NCBI GenBank assembly: GCA_001189165.1
Contig: LFCO01000003.1
Span: 50,769-114,768 of the forward strand
DNA from: Parcubacteria bacterium C7867-005
Lineage (GTDB): Bacteria; Patescibacteriota; Minisyncoccia; Phycocordibacterales; Zambryskibacteraceae
DNA length: 64,000 nt
Direction of reading: 5' to 3'
Shown: piece by piece, positions 1 to 12,284 of the stretch
How the letters are laid out: every line of letters starts with the position of its first letter
Position numbering within the stretch: position 1 is the stretch's first letter
The notes under the pieces: generated by a model
What the model was told of the DNA's origin: nothing
The model's input: the letters and a program-made list of their open reading frames with translations, nothing else
The model's database searches: none
Position numbers and translations under genes: made by a program

Positions 1-321
1 ACCGGGGAGCTCTACAATCAACCTCTCCTCCTTATTACCGGATAGTAGTCCTGATTTTTCAGTCTGAATAAGCGGTTCAGAAACACCGAAGATGTTTATT
101 CTGCGTTCTATTACTTCCTTCAAACTCTCCATCGCACCGTCTACATCCGTTGTTTTAGAAGTATCTGCTCTGTAAACAAGCTCTGTACCTCCGACCAGAT
201 CCAAACCAAACCTAAATGGGAACCTGGATTCAGGACGATTTTGCCTGACCAAGAAGTAGGCTAAAAGGGCAAACACTATTATTAGAATGATGGATGCCCA
301 GAGGTGCTTTCGGCCTTGCAT
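1..321 (-). CDS. secD: Protein translocase subunit SecD, N-terminal part (runs off window start)
   Basis: Manual translation from ATG at 321: MQGRKHLWASII...FGLDLVGGTELVYRAD...VIERRINIFGVSEPLIQ...RLIVELPG, carrying the SecD GLDLxGG and IxVELPG motifs. Confidence 0.9.
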   Translation of the reverse strand, partial: MQGRKHLWASIILIIVFALLAYFLVRQNRPESRFPFRFGLDLVGGTELVYRADTSKTTDVDGAMESLKEVIERRINIFGVSEPLIQTEKSGLLSGNKEERLIVELPG

Positions 322-366
322 TATAGGGGCATTATACAGATTGATTTAATTCGAGCAAAGTACACT

Positions 367-1716
367 CTATTTACCCGCTCTAGAGAGGAGGGTTCGTACT
401 GTTCGAAGTGCGATGCGGAGATCGAGGAGGAATGATCTATTTTTGATGTAATAAAGATCATAGGAAAGTTTGTTTTTGGTTTCGAGTATATCTATAGAGT
501 GGTGAGGGTGCCCTTCATGGTAGATCTGTGCCCAGCCCGATAAACCTGGTTTGATAATATGCCTTACATTATAGAAAGGAATCTCCCCCATATACTGCTT
601 CACTGGATCAGGGAATTCTGGTCTTGGACCTATGAGAGAGATGTTGCCCACGATAACATTCCATAGTTGGGGTAGTTCGTCTATTCGACTATTTCGAAGA
701 AAAGCACCTACACGTGTCACCTTATTCTCAACACCACCCCACTTACCATCATCATTGGCTTTGGTCATGGTTCTAAACTTGATGATCTTTACGATTTTAT
801 TATTCTGGCCAACTCTATTCTGAAAACTAAACAAATCTCCACCATCGTCTAGTTTGATAGCGATAAATACAAATGGATAAATAATGAGCGACAAAATACC
901 TAACACCAGAGATATAGACACGTCCATCATCCGTTTGAGCATGTCATAAGCAACACGCGGTGAGGTAGAGACGTTTTCCAAAAACCAATTATATTTTATA
1001 AGAGAAAGAGGAACACGATCGAAGATGTCTTCATACATCTTGTGCATATCCACAAAATTTATATTCGAGAAAATTAGTTTATAGAAATATGGCAAAACTG
1101 GCTCTACTTCGGGGTGATTCAGGTCTATCACGACCAGAGAAACATCCTCGCTGTAGACGGTGGAAACAATTTCATCTAGAACATTTTTATCTCTAGTCTT
1201 GTCTAAATCTACCGAAGAAACAAAGTGGATATTATAAAGCGGTTGATTATTTATTTCTTCAAAGAGCCCCTTCATCTCTTCCCCACCGCCGATGATAACC
1301 GCATTGATAGGAGTCCTATTGCCCAAGAGAAAATACAGATAGGCTCTCCAAAACAAAACTACTCCAAAAGAGATTATGAGGTAGATAAATAGAACAGTTT
1401 TTGGCGTGATACCAAAATAAGGTACCAAATAGAAGAAAAGAACCGCCAAACCAGAATTAACTATCTGGGTGTTAAACAAAAGACCGGGGAGCCTCGAACG
1501 CAGGATGAGGGTCTGCTTCTCGTACAAACCAGCGACATAAAAAACCGACACCCAGATTATAAAAATCAGACCAAATGGGCCAAGGTGCGAGAGTAATACT
1601 TCTTTAGATGGTACCTCTAAATTTCTGATGGCCAAAGCTACAAACAAAGACAGGATAAAAAAGAAGATGTCACCAAAGAGGAGGATAAGCGGTCCTTTCC
1701 GTCTGAGAGAATTCAT
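367..1716 (-). CDS. Polyprenyl glycosylphosphotransferase (bacterial sugar transferase, WcaJ/WbaP-like)
   Basis: N-terminal TM helices; C-terminal KFRTM, RIDELPQLWNV..G.ISLIGPRPE, KPGLSGWAQI, DLYYIKN motifs. Confidence 0.9.
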   Translation of the reverse strand: MNSLRRKGPLILLFGDIFFFILSLFVALAIRNLEVPSKEVLLSHLGPFGLIFIIWVSVFYVAGLYEKQTLILRSRLPGLLFNTQIVNSGLAVLFFYLVPYFGITPKTVLFIYLIISFGVVLFWRAYLYFLLGNRTPINAVIIGGGEEMKGLFEEINNQPLYNIHFVSSVDLDKTRDKNVLDEIVSTVYSEDVSLVVIDLNHPEVEPVLPYFYKLIFSNINFVDMHKMYEDIFDRVPLSLIKYNWFLENVSTSPRVAYDMLKRMMDVSISLVLGILSLIIYPFVFIAIKLDDGGDLFSFQNRVGQNNKIVKIIKFRTMTKANDDGKWGGVENKVTRVGAFLRNSRIDELPQLWNVIVGNISLIGPRPEFPDPVKQYMGEIPFYNVRHIIKPGLSGWAQIYHEGHPHHSIDILETKNKLSYDLYYIKNRSFLLDLRIALRTVRTLLSRAGK

Positions 1717-1757
1717 TTACCGTGCATTATACACCAAAATCCATATAATGGCTATAT

Positions 1758-2855
1758 ATGAACACTTCCTCACCAAAACGAGTTCTATTTGGCATCACCA
1801 AATCAAATTTTGGCGGTGCACAAAGATATGTCTTTGACCTCGCACTTCGAGCAAGAGATATGGGACACCAGGTGACTGTCTTATGCGGTGGCAATGGAGA
1901 ATTAGTTGAGAAACTCAGATCTTCAAGTATTCGGGTGGTAAATATACCGATGTTTGGCCGGGACTTCTCTTGGTTATCCGACCTTCAATCATTGTTTTTT
2001 ATTATCAAAACTGTGGCAAGAGAAAGGCCGGATGTATTTCACATAAATAGTGCCAAGATGGGAGGTGCGGGTATATTTGCAGGACGACTGCTTAGAGTCC
2101 CTAAAATAATATTCACCGCCCATGGCTGGGCCTTCAACGAAAACCGATCCTGGATATCTAAAATATTTATAAAATTTTTATCCTGGCTCACTATCCTGGG
2201 TTCTCATCAAACAATCGCAGTATCAGAAAAAACCAGAAGGGATATCTCGAACTGGCCATTTATCAAAAGTAAAATAATAGTAATCAAGAATGGTATAAGT
2301 AAATTTGAATTAATTGAACGTACAAATCAAACTTTTACCGTTGGGACGATAGCTGAACTCCACCACATAAAGGGACTCGATGTACTCCTGAAAGCTTGGA
2401 GTAGATTCGTAGATAAACACAGGGATGTAAGACTGGTGATCATCGGAGATGGGGAGGAAAAACAAAATCTATTTAATTTGGCTCAAAGTTTAGGGATATC
2501 AAGTTCGGTCTCTTTCGAGGGATTTGTAGAGAATGCTAAATCTCATCTTTCACTATTTGATATCTTTGTGCTTCCCTCTCGTTCAGAGGCTATGCCATAT
2601 GCATTATTAGAAGCAGGAGTTGCTTCTCTGCCTGTTATCGCTTGTGCGGTCGGGGGGATACCAGAAGTTATAGAACACGGGAAATCTGGTCTGCTTATAA
2701 AACCCAACAACCCAGACGAACTGACTGAATCACTGGACAAACTAAAAGAAAATGAGAGTTTAAGAAAAGAACTGGGTGAACGTCTACATGAAAAAGTGAT
2801 TAAAGATTTTTCTGTAGAAAAGATGGTACGTGATACACTAAAACTGTATGTTTAG
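1758..2855 (+). CDS. Glycosyltransferase family 4
   Basis: GGAQRYV, FTAHGW, KGLDVL, DIFVLPSRSEAMPYALLEA GT-B motifs. Confidence 0.9.
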   Translation: MNTSSPKRVLFGITKSNFGGAQRYVFDLALRARDMGHQVTVLCGGNGELVEKLRSSSIRVVNIPMFGRDFSWLSDLQSLFFIIKTVARERPDVFHINSAKMGGAGIFAGRLLRVPKIIFTAHGWAFNENRSWISKIFIKFLSWLTILGSHQTIAVSEKTRRDISNWPFIKSKIIVIKNGISKFELIERTNQTFTVGTIAELHHIKGLDVLLKAWSRFVDKHRDVRLVIIGDGEEKQNLFNLAQSLGISSSVSFEGFVENAKSHLSLFDIFVLPSRSEAMPYALLEAGVASLPVIACAVGGIPEVIEHGKSGLLIKPNNPDELTESLDKLKENESLRKELGERLHEKVIKDFSVEKMVRDTLKLYV

Positions 2856-3306
2856 AAACACCCTCGACCGAGTTGATGCAAACATCATAAACTTTCTACG
2901 CAAGATTTCTTTCCCTATGGCGAGATTCGCTTTATTCTTGGTCTTCTTTTGGTTTGGATTTCTGAAGATAATAGACACCAGTCCAGCTGGGCCGATGGTC
3001 GTGTCACTCCTCGACCGAACTATGCCTTTTATTGCACCCGATACTTTTATGGTCTTCTTTGGTATTTTTGAAGTGATCATCGGCATCACTTTCATCATCC
3101 CCAAACTCGAGAGGCTGGCCATCGCACTTTTGGTGCCACACCTTATATCTACTGTTCTACCACTATTCCTGCTTCAAAGTATGACTTGGACCAGTATGTT
3201 TGTACCCACATTGGAAGGTCAATACATCATCAAAAATATCTTGATCATAGCTGTGGCCATCAGCCTCGCTGCCCATCTACATCCTCTTAAAACAAGATTG
3301 AATTAG
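2848..3306 (+). CDS. DoxX/DUF417-like membrane protein
   Basis: Four hydrophobic segments; WFGFLKI and GQYIIKN motifs. Confidence 0.65.
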   Translation: MFRNTLDRVDANIINFLRKISFPMARFALFLVFFWFGFLKIIDTSPAGPMVVSLLDRTMPFIAPDTFMVFFGIFEVIIGITFIIPKLERLAIALLVPHLISTVLPLFLLQSMTWTSMFVPTLEGQYIIKNILIIAVAISLAAHLHPLKTRLN

Positions 3307-3308
3307 TT

Positions 3309-4421
3309 CTAAATCCTCGGACCATTTGAGTGACCACTCATACTGGACAACATCCCTAAAGCAAACCACTCTGTCAAAAGATGTGATCCTCCATAGCTCA
3401 TAAACGGAAAAGTGATCCCCGTCACAGGCAAGACACCCATATTCATACCAGCATGGATGATGATGTGCACGGTGAACAAGATCGCCAGGCCTAAACCAAA
3501 AAGTGATTCGAAATTCGCTGGGGCAAATTGCGCACTATTCACAATTCTGAATAACAAGAGAATACACAGAAACAGGAGGAGGCATGTACCAACCAAACCC
3601 CATTCTTCAGCAAAGGAAGCGAAGATAAAGTCTGTCTGGAACTCTGGTAGAAACCTGAGTTTGGATTGACTGCCCTCTCCGATACCCTTACCAAAAACTT
3701 CTCCTGAACCAACGGCCACCGTGGATTGGTAGGCGTTGTATCCACTGCCGGTGATATTCGCAAGTGGGTGGAGGAAGTTAGCGATACGCGCTTTTTGATA
3801 TGGGGCGAAGACGAAGAACCACATTATCACGGTGACTATCGCACCGAGACCGATGACCAGTGCCAGATGCTTTTTGGATATACCAGAGACGAGGAGCATC
3901 CCAAACCAGATCGCAAAGATGATGACTGCCCCACCAAAATCGGGCTGTAAGAACACTAATAAAAAAACGATCAAAGCATAAATACCAGAGACAATGATGT
4001 GCTTGATATTCGCTATCTCTATATGTCTCCTGGAAAAATACTTGGCCAACATGAGAATGGTCACAAGCTTTGCAGGGTCAGATGGTTGAAAAGCAAAAAA
4101 GCCAAAATCAAACCAGCTTTGTGCTCCTTTGACCACTTGTCCGAGGCCAAACAAAAGCAAAAGTACGAAAACCATAATAAAAAATACAGTCATGAGGATT
4201 CTGGTTTGTCTTAGAAACCTCCAGTCGACGGCGCTCGCAAACACGAACGCCAACACAGATAAAAGTATCCAGATGGCTTGTTTAGAAAAAAATGAATGAT
4301 CGACGGAGAAAGAATTCATGGTGATCAAACCAAACAAAGATATGAGCATGGCTGGTACAAAGAGGTACCAATCGATCCGGATGCGCTCTCCGAATGTTTT
4401 AAAAAGTGAAACTAAACTCAT
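3309..4421 (-). CDS. rodA: Rod shape-determining protein RodA (SEDS family)
   Basis: GAQSW, FQPSDPAK, QPDFG, LPEFQTDFIF, GITFPFMSYGGS motifs. Confidence 0.9.
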   Translation of the reverse strand: MSLVSLFKTFGERIRIDWYLFVPAMLISLFGLITMNSFSVDHSFFSKQAIWILLSVLAFVFASAVDWRFLRQTRILMTVFFIMVFVLLLLFGLGQVVKGAQSWFDFGFFAFQPSDPAKLVTILMLAKYFSRRHIEIANIKHIIVSGIYALIVFLLVFLQPDFGGAVIIFAIWFGMLLVSGISKKHLALVIGLGAIVTVIMWFFVFAPYQKARIANFLHPLANITGSGYNAYQSTVAVGSGEVFGKGIGEGSQSKLRFLPEFQTDFIFASFAEEWGLVGTCLLLFLCILLLFRIVNSAQFAPANFESLFGLGLAILFTVHIIIHAGMNMGVLPVTGITFPFMSYGGSHLLTEWFALGMLSSMSGHSNGPRI

Positions 4422-5203
4422 TTGATGAAACTTCGATCTGGTAAAATTCTGAGGAAAATTTCTGCTACATTTGTAGGATTAACAAAACCACTATTCCAAA
4501 CAAAAACCAACGGAGTAAATGCTCCTGGGTCTATGCTGTCTACGAATGTTTTCCCAGCTGTCACCACGTTACCACTTGGATCTGAAACCACCGCCACTAA
4601 CTCTATATTCGAAACTGCTGACAAAGATTTATTCAGCAGCCGGGCATCTAACCTCGCAGAAGTAGTCGCCCCTGAAAGTGTGATGTTTTCTATGGCTAAA
4701 TCAGGAGTGACGCGCTCATCTTTCTGCCAAACCAAAGTGTCTTCTGACCAAGCGAAGGTTGCTCTGGTGGGTATCGCATCTTCGAATACATACGGACCTT
4801 CGAATATGGCAAATGTAGAAGATTTGGGGACAAAAGTTTTACCGAGGATTGTCTTGATAGGGACAGAACTCGAGGCGTTAAAATATTTTATGGTGTATTC
4901 GGCTCTATTGATCATCCCATAAACATTTGGATTCTCTAGATTTATTAGTGTGACAAAAGTTTTATCACTAACTCTTATTAGCCTTGGATCGCCCTTGGAT
5001 ATCACTGGTAGAGATTCTGCAGGGCAGATCAAACTGCACGAACCACCACAATCCACTCCTGACTCATCCCCATTTCTTCTTTGGTCAAAACATGTTGGTT
5101 TTTGATGTAGAAAAAAATACAAAGGTAAACCAACTACGACAATCAAAAAGATGAGAACGATGGATAAAATAATCCTCTTCCTGCGTATAGACCATTGATT
5201 CAT
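4418..5203 (-). CDS. Membrane-anchored hypothetical protein with Cys-rich CFD..NGDESGVDCGGSC motif
   Basis: ORF with one N-terminal TM helix; start placed at ATG 5203, 7 nt after a TGcTATAAT box. Confidence 0.7.
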   Translation of the reverse strand: MNQWSIRRKRIILSIVLIFLIVVVGLPLYFFLHQKPTCFDQRRNGDESGVDCGGSCSLICPAESLPVISKGDPRLIRVSDKTFVTLINLENPNVYGMINRAEYTIKYFNASSSVPIKTILGKTFVPKSSTFAIFEGPYVFEDAIPTRATFAWSEDTLVWQKDERVTPDLAIENITLSGATTSARLDARLLNKSLSAVSNIELVAVVSDPSGNVVTAGKTFVDSIDPGAFTPLVFVWNSGFVNPTNVAEIFLRILPDRSFIK

Positions 5204-5218
5204 AAGAATAATTATAGC

Positions 5219-5248
5219 AAAAAACACCGACTTAGGCGGTGTTTTTTG
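5219..5248. terminator. Intrinsic terminator downstream of 5S rRNA
   Basis: AAAAAACACCG-acttagg-CGGTGTTTTTT hairpin with A/T tracts on both sides. Confidence 0.75.
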
Positions 5249-5261
5249 TTTTGAAAACTTA

Positions 5262-5371
5262 GTTCTGGCGACTAGCTACTTTCCCCCATAGGAGTATCAT
5301 CGCCTCAACAAGGCTTAACTTCCGTGTTCGGAATGAGAACGGGTGTGACCCTTGCGACAAATCACCAGAAC
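5262..5371 (-). rRNA. rrf: 5S rRNA
   Basis: Minus strand contains CACACCCGTTCTCATTCCGAACACGGAAGTTAAGCC; terminal helix GTTCTGG/CCAGAAC. Confidence 0.93.
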
Positions 5372-5537
5372 TAAACTTTCAAATACATACAAAAAAACCG
5401 ACTGGAAACATTTTATCTTTTTGTTTTGGAAAATAAACACCAAATGGTTTGATCCCATTTAGCAGAACAGAGCATCCACATCAGACAACTGCAAGCAGTG
5501 GACATCTGATATGGGTTTGTGATTTCTAAATTTCCTA

Positions 5538-8457
<2,920 letters not shown>

Positions 8458-8843
8458 AGGAAATTTAAAAACCACTTACTTTTACTTCGCTCACGAATAA
8501 ATTCGCGAGACGAAGGAGTGCCGAGTTTGCACCGTCCAGTGCAAACTCGACCTGCTCTGTTCTGCTAAATGAAATCAATCATTTAGCAATTTATTTTCCT
8601 GCCCACCTCCATGTGTTTAAAGACCCCAAAACACCCTCTCGCTTGCGCGAGAAAGTGTCCTGATTCCGTCTTGCGACGGAATCATGGAGACACACGTGGT
8701 GGAATTAAAATGTCAAAGTTCGGGCCCAAAAATGAAGACCTCCGCTTCTTTCAAAGCGGAGGTCTTTTGAGACCAAAGCTAGCCGTTTGGCTAGCTTTTT
8801 CGCTTTGAAGAATTAAGGTTTTTAAACATTTTTGGGTCTCCGT

Positions 8844-8872
8844 ATCTTATCTTTTCTCTCTTTATCTGTCAA
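8844..8872 (-). promoter_or_regulatory. Sigma70-type promoter of the 23S-5S unit
   Basis: Minus strand TTGACA-N17-TAAGAT about 390 nt upstream of the 23S 5' end. Confidence 0.65.
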
Positions 8873-8961
8873 CAAGCCCACCATTTCCCCTTTTTACCCC
8901 TTTTGGGTATATCCTCATGCTTATCCCTTGACGACATAATGACAGGGTATATGCTTAGGGT

Positions 8962-9837
8962 ATGAAGAAGAGTAGCAAGTACGGCATCCCCAGTCTCAAG
9001 CGAGAATTTCCTACTGATGAAGCCTGTCTGAATTTTATATATGATTCTCTACATTCACGTCTCTGTTCGTGCGGGGGTACATACTCCCTACTGAAAGGCC
9101 GAAGGCAGTTCCAATGTTCAAATTGCCGGTTTCAGATAGCTCCCTGTATTGGTACCATCTTTGAAAAATCACCCACTCCTCTCACCCTCTGGTTCCACGC
9201 AGTACTTGTATTCTCAAACGCCAAGAGTGGGATCTCTTCCAAGCAGATGCAGAGAGAATTAGAGGTTACCTACAAGTGCGCCTACCGGATGCTCAAGATG
9301 GTCCGGGAATCACTTTCTGATAATGGTGATCTGCTCAAGGGAGATGTAGAGGTAGATAGTTCAGTTTTCGGGGGCAAGTCTTACGGAGGAAAATACAATA
9401 AATATCAGAAACAGATGTTGAATAATAAGAGCATCGCTATTGCCGCTCTCGAGAGAGGGGGTAGGGCTCGAGTGAAAGTGATCCCGGCAGACAATACCCA
9501 GGTTCAGACAGACTTTGTGATTGATAACATCAATATGAAAGGCACGCGCCTACTGACAGACAAAACTTCTAGATTAGTTCGGGTTCATCGAATGGGGTAC
9601 GATCGCCACAGTGTGAACCATACGAAGCGAGAATACGCTCGAGGCGATATCCATATAAATACCGTAGAGACCTGGTGGGCCCATGTGAAGAGGAGTATCC
9701 TAGGAACCCATAAGAACGTCTCTAAGCGATACTTGCAGTCTTACTTGGACGCTTTCGCTTGGCACTATGGCATGAGGCACAACGACAGGCGCCGTTTCGA
9801 GGTTTTGATTGGTGCTGTATTGCGACCTTCAAAATAG
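8962..9837 (+). CDS. IS1595-family DDE transposase
   Basis: FPTDEAC, Zn ribbon CSC...CSNC, GTIFEKS..PL..WF, EVD, TD, VNH, HINTVE..W..VKR, S..YLQSYL motifs. Confidence 0.92.
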   Translation: MKKSSKYGIPSLKREFPTDEACLNFIYDSLHSRLCSCGGTYSLLKGRRQFQCSNCRFQIAPCIGTIFEKSPTPLTLWFHAVLVFSNAKSGISSKQMQRELEVTYKCAYRMLKMVRESLSDNGDLLKGDVEVDSSVFGGKSYGGKYNKYQKQMLNNKSIAIAALERGGRARVKVIPADNTQVQTDFVIDNINMKGTRLLTDKTSRLVRVHRMGYDRHSVNHTKREYARGDIHINTVETWWAHVKRSILGTHKNVSKRYLQSYLDAFAWHYGMRHNDRRRFEVLIGAVLRPSK

Positions 9838-9911
9838 TGAGGAACTTCTGAAGATTCATTGTCCCCAGTATAACCTAGAAACATGCTTGCACTAGCAAAA
9901 TATGCTATAAT

Positions 9912-10475
9912 CTCTGATGTTGATGGTATCAGCATCACGGGCGTTCCCAACTTCGTACTAGTCAACGAAGTAAAACGATAAAGAGATTGTGGACTGAGTG
10001 TGGGGTGTCTGGAAAATGCTAGACGTCCCAAAGGACGGCAGAGTAAGAAGACTTACTTTATCGGCCAGCTCCCCCGCCCTCAGTTCAGAACCTTGTTTAT
10101 CAAAGAACCCTTTATTCCCGATTTTCTTCGGTTGTGTTCAGTTAGGCAGCCTCTTGTTTCAAAAGTTTCCTCCCAAGAGACACGGAAGTCTCGGTGTTTG
10201 TGAGGAGGGCGCTTCGCTAACGGTCAGCGTCCCTCTTTCTCGGAAGAGAAGACCGTCAGTTTGTGGACTGAACAACACCACAAAAAATGTTTCAATGTGT
10301 CACTTCCTTCCGTCATTGGAGGAGCAAAAAGATCATCAGCGCAAGCGATTATGGTCTTAAGTGCTTCCCTATTGGCGGAGGTAAAAAGAAAAGAGCGGGT
10401 GGACCGCTCAGTTCTTCTAAGAAATCTTCTTAGTTTCTTTCTCAAGCATTCACCCCGAAAGGGGTGTTTGCTTTA
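9912..10475 (+). ncRNA. Candidate large structured non-coding RNA inside the IS1595 element
   Basis: TGcTATAAT at 9903-9911, more than a dozen hairpins and long-range helices, closing hairpin AAGCA-tt-CACCCC-GAAA-GGGGTG-tt-TGCTT at 10444-10473; no convincing ORF. Confidence 0.6.
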
Positions 10476-10668
10476 TGTATATTCTAGTCTCGGGCGATCC
10501 AGGTTCCTAGTAAAAACGTGGATAACCTGGGGAAGCCAGTATACGCCAATGATCCGGAGGGTCAAGCTCGCCTACCATTATGTGTTCAAGGGATAGGTGT
10601 GTATATCCTGTGGGTAACAAGAAACCCAAGGTTTTACCCTTGGGTTTACACGTATACCGCCTACACCT

Positions 10669-11052
10669 TCAAGGATAGATCTTGGCGAAGATCTCCCTCT
10701 CGCTCGGAGTCATCGAAGCGAGCACTCGGGACCTAGCTGCCGTCTGGTTGTCGCCGAAGTCCACGACCGCTGTAGGCTCACTGACGAGGAAAACCGTTCC
10801 CCCATTCGTGAGCACTCGAACCATCGGCCCTTCATACTCGACCGAATCCGGCGCCGAGTCGATCAAGCGATCGAGGATCGAGCCGTCTTCGTAGAACCCG
10901 AGGAGCTCTTTCGCTCCCGCTTTCCGATCACGCCTGACGATCTCCATGAGATCCATCGGCATGAAGAACGGAGTGCGAAACGTCGGGTCAGCAATAACTC
11001 TACGGATGTTTCGCTCGAGCAGTTCGCGGTCCTTCTTACTGATTTCGCTCAC
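10669..11052 (-). CDS. Hypothetical protein (GC-rich orphan)
   Basis: 127-aa ORF, GTG start with AGGAG RBS, upstream promoter-like motif and downstream hairpin at 10621-10647. Confidence 0.7.
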   Translation of the reverse strand: MSEISKKDRELLERNIRRVIADPTFRTPFFMPMDLMEIVRRDRKAGAKELLGFYEDGSILDRLIDSAPDSVEYEGPMVRVLTNGGTVFLVSEPTAVVDFGDNQTAARSRVLASMTPSEREIFAKIYP

Positions 11053-11176
11053 GGTCTCCTCTCTATGGGGGTCAGCAGCAAATTCAAAAACTTAGTCCAG
11101 AAACAACCCTACTCTCTTCATTAAAAAAGTAAAGCTTCTGGACACCAATCCTTTTGTCTCCCAACCCACCCATGGT

Positions 11177-11199
11177 GTGTCAACCTGCCAGGTTGACAC
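11177..11199. repeat. REP-like palindrome copy 1
   Basis: GTGTCAACCTG-C-CAGGTTGACAC, identical to the cores at 13400-13422 and 14080-14102. Confidence 0.9.
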
Positions 11200-11240
11200 G
11201 GGGATGGTAGATAAATAAGAAACGCCCCATTTCAGGAGCG

Positions 11241-11673
11241 TTAGACAGAGAGGTCAGGGAGATGCTTGAACCTCACGAGAACAGCCTCCCCACTCTCGAC
11301 CAAGAAATTCATGGGGAGAAGCTGTTGGGCATGCAGGAAATCTGGTTCCCTGCCAGACCGACGGAAGTGCACCGCCGTGACCTTGCCATCACCAGATGAG
11401 CGATGGTCAGAATACATCAGTATGGCGGGACAATTGTGATCCGTGTCCAGACCATAAAGCTCTCCGTGACGACCGGTCAGGTGGGCGAACTCGAGAAAGA
11501 CCGTCTCGAACTCACCGTACGTCAACTCGATTCGCACCCCGTACTTGGCACACAGATACCAGACCACGTCTTCGAGCATCCATACTAGCATCAGAGCTTC
11601 GAGCTGATCCCGCGTGAGCAAAGCGATGTACTGTTCACGAGTGATCCCGCCTTCTCGCTTCGGTGTCTGCATT
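11241..11673 (-). CDS. Hypothetical protein (GC-rich orphan; likely start MQTPKREGG)
   Basis: ORF track 11241..11729; the upstream 19 codons overlap a promoter-like motif, so the internal ATG is preferred (start approximate). Confidence 0.6.
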
Positions 11674-11777
11674 GTAGCCCCGGTTGAGTGAGATTGAATT
11701 GAGAGTTTGTACCTAAATCCATCCCCCACCCTACCGATTTATAAAAAATTGTAAAGAAGAACACTCCCAAAGGAGTG

Positions 11778-12170
11778 CTAGAGAAAGAGTAGGAAACCAC
11801 TCGCATAAGCGACAGCCCACGTGGGCAAGAAAACCCACTTGGCGAACTTGATGTGCTGATCTCTGTAGAGCCACCTCTCGTATGGCCATCCCCACTTGGC
11901 ATGGTATCCCAAGTAGGCCTGGAAGAAAAAGAGGCCGATCGCGGAAAGAGACAGAACCGTGTGAAGCTGGACCCAGACAGAGACACGGGACAGACTCACA
12001 CCATCCTGACTGATCACCACCATCAGGTACGTCGCATACATGTCAGCGACGAAGCCAGATATGGCGAGCACGACATGTGAAGCCCAGCTCCGCCTGGCGA
12101 TGAAGAACGCCGTGAGGTATAGCGCGAGCGCCACGGTCATCCACAGTTCGATCTGATGTCTGACTTCCAT
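11778..12170 (-). CDS. Small 4-TM membrane protein with His residues (DUF420/cytochrome b-like)
   Basis: Four hydrophobic helices with His in SHVV, QLHTV and DQHIK; family assignment is tentative. Confidence 0.6.
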   Translation of the reverse strand: MEVRHQIELWMTVALALYLTAFFIARRSWASHVVLAISGFVADMYATYLMVVISQDGVSLSRVSVWVQLHTVLSLSAIGLFFFQAYLGYHAKWGWPYERWLYRDQHIKFAKWVFLPTWAVAYASGFLLFL

Positions 12171-12284
12171 CTGCCTAACCCCCGGTTGGTTGAATTGTTA
12201 GAACTCCGTCCACTACCCTACCTTCTTATCCCAAAAAGTAAAGCCATTATTTCAATCTTAGAATATTGAATGTCCCACAAAAGA

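Larger units (their letters stand above)
8916..10601 (+). mobile_element. Complete IS1595-family insertion sequence (1686 bp) with non-coding cargo
   Basis: IRL 8916-8946 CATGCTTATCCCTTGACGACATAATGACAGG vs IRR 10571-10601 (reverse complement CACACCTATCCCTTGAACACATAATGGTAGG), 24/31 identical; 8-bp direct repeat TATATCCT at 8908-8915 and 10602-10609. Confidence 0.88.

Noticed and set aside
9912-10475. IS cargo as RNase P RNA, tmRNA or a group I/II intron
   Set aside because: Their hallmark sequences (GAGGAAAGUCC, tRNA-like ends, domain V) were not found by eye on either strand; needs cmscan confirmation
9998-10596. ORFs of 67-120 aa in the IS1595 cargo region as passenger genes
   Set aside because: Mutually overlapping on both strands, mostly GTG/TTG starts, no RBS or motifs; dense base-pairing explains the region better, though a small peptide is not excluded
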